Below, one piece after another: positions 63,528 to 64,000 of a stretch of 64,000 nucleotides of DNA. The translations under genes and the position numbers were made by a program. The stretch is from Rhynchobatus australiae. Its lineage: Eukaryota. The stretch covers positions 28,369,795 to 28,433,794 of the forward strand of contig JAUZTB010000069.1 of the NCBI GenBank assembly GCA_034780895.1, read 5' to 3'. The notes beneath the pieces are model-generated. The model did not search any database and was not told the origin of the DNA. It saw nothing but the letters and a program-made list of their open reading frames with translations. The stretch's first letter is position 1, and every line of letters starts with the position of its first letter.

Positions 63528-64000
63528 CTGCAGGATTGTTATAAAAGATCACAAATGAAATATATCCAAAACGTTATAATTAACCAACCCAGTACACAAC
63601 AATTCACCCCAAAGTATTTATATAATAGTAATTATATATTGATACATAATATAACTAATATATAGTTNNNNNNNNNNNNNNNNNNNNTCTTATTGATTAT
63701 AATGGAATAATAATTTAGACAAAGCATGCAATCCAACTTGCATTTGCATACCTCTAACCATTTACAACCATGTACATAATTCAAATACTAAACTAAGCCA
63801 AACAAATGTTTTATTTTAAGAAAAGGGAAGAAATGGGGTGAAAGAAAGCCTGGACATGGAGTGCATAAAAACAGGTCCTTGATGGGGAAAAAAGATGGTG
63901 AGGGAGGTGAGTGGGACACGGAATTGCAGTTTCCATCATTGGTGAATGATAATATGGCATAGAGAATGGAGAAGATTAAAAATATCTAACAGGCAAGAGT

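Overview
Vertebrate genomic DNA, most likely from a cartilaginous fish (elasmobranch-type CR1, Penelope-like, V-SINE and Deu-SINE repeats), in a gappy draft assembly with many N runs. The window holds the 3' parts of two convergently transcribed endosomal-trafficking genes. LRSAM1 is on the + strand with 12 coding exons at 1751-18801 (coiled coil, SAM domain, PSAP motifs, C3HC4 RING, stop TGA). FKBP15/WAFL is on the - strand with 17 coding exons at 63527-24461 (Pro-rich linker, long coiled coil, acidic tail ending ...DDDDFDWLG*). All resolvable introns are GT-AG with consistent phases, and one FKBP15 exon runs into an assembly gap. The introns are full of decayed retroelements. The most notable non-gene signals are Penelope-terminus-derived minimal hammerhead ribozyme motifs (one with an intact catalytic core in FKBP15 sense orientation, inside a palindromic mini-element), a CR1-into-CR1 foldback hairpin, a 48-nt-periodic PSAP/PSAP/PSVP array in LRSAM1 and a FAM21-like LFa motif in FKBP15. 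No prokaryotic-type system, CRISPR array or clearly new protein-coding gene is supported. Gene and repeat-family identifications rest on recalled sequences, not on database searches, and repeat boundaries are approximate.
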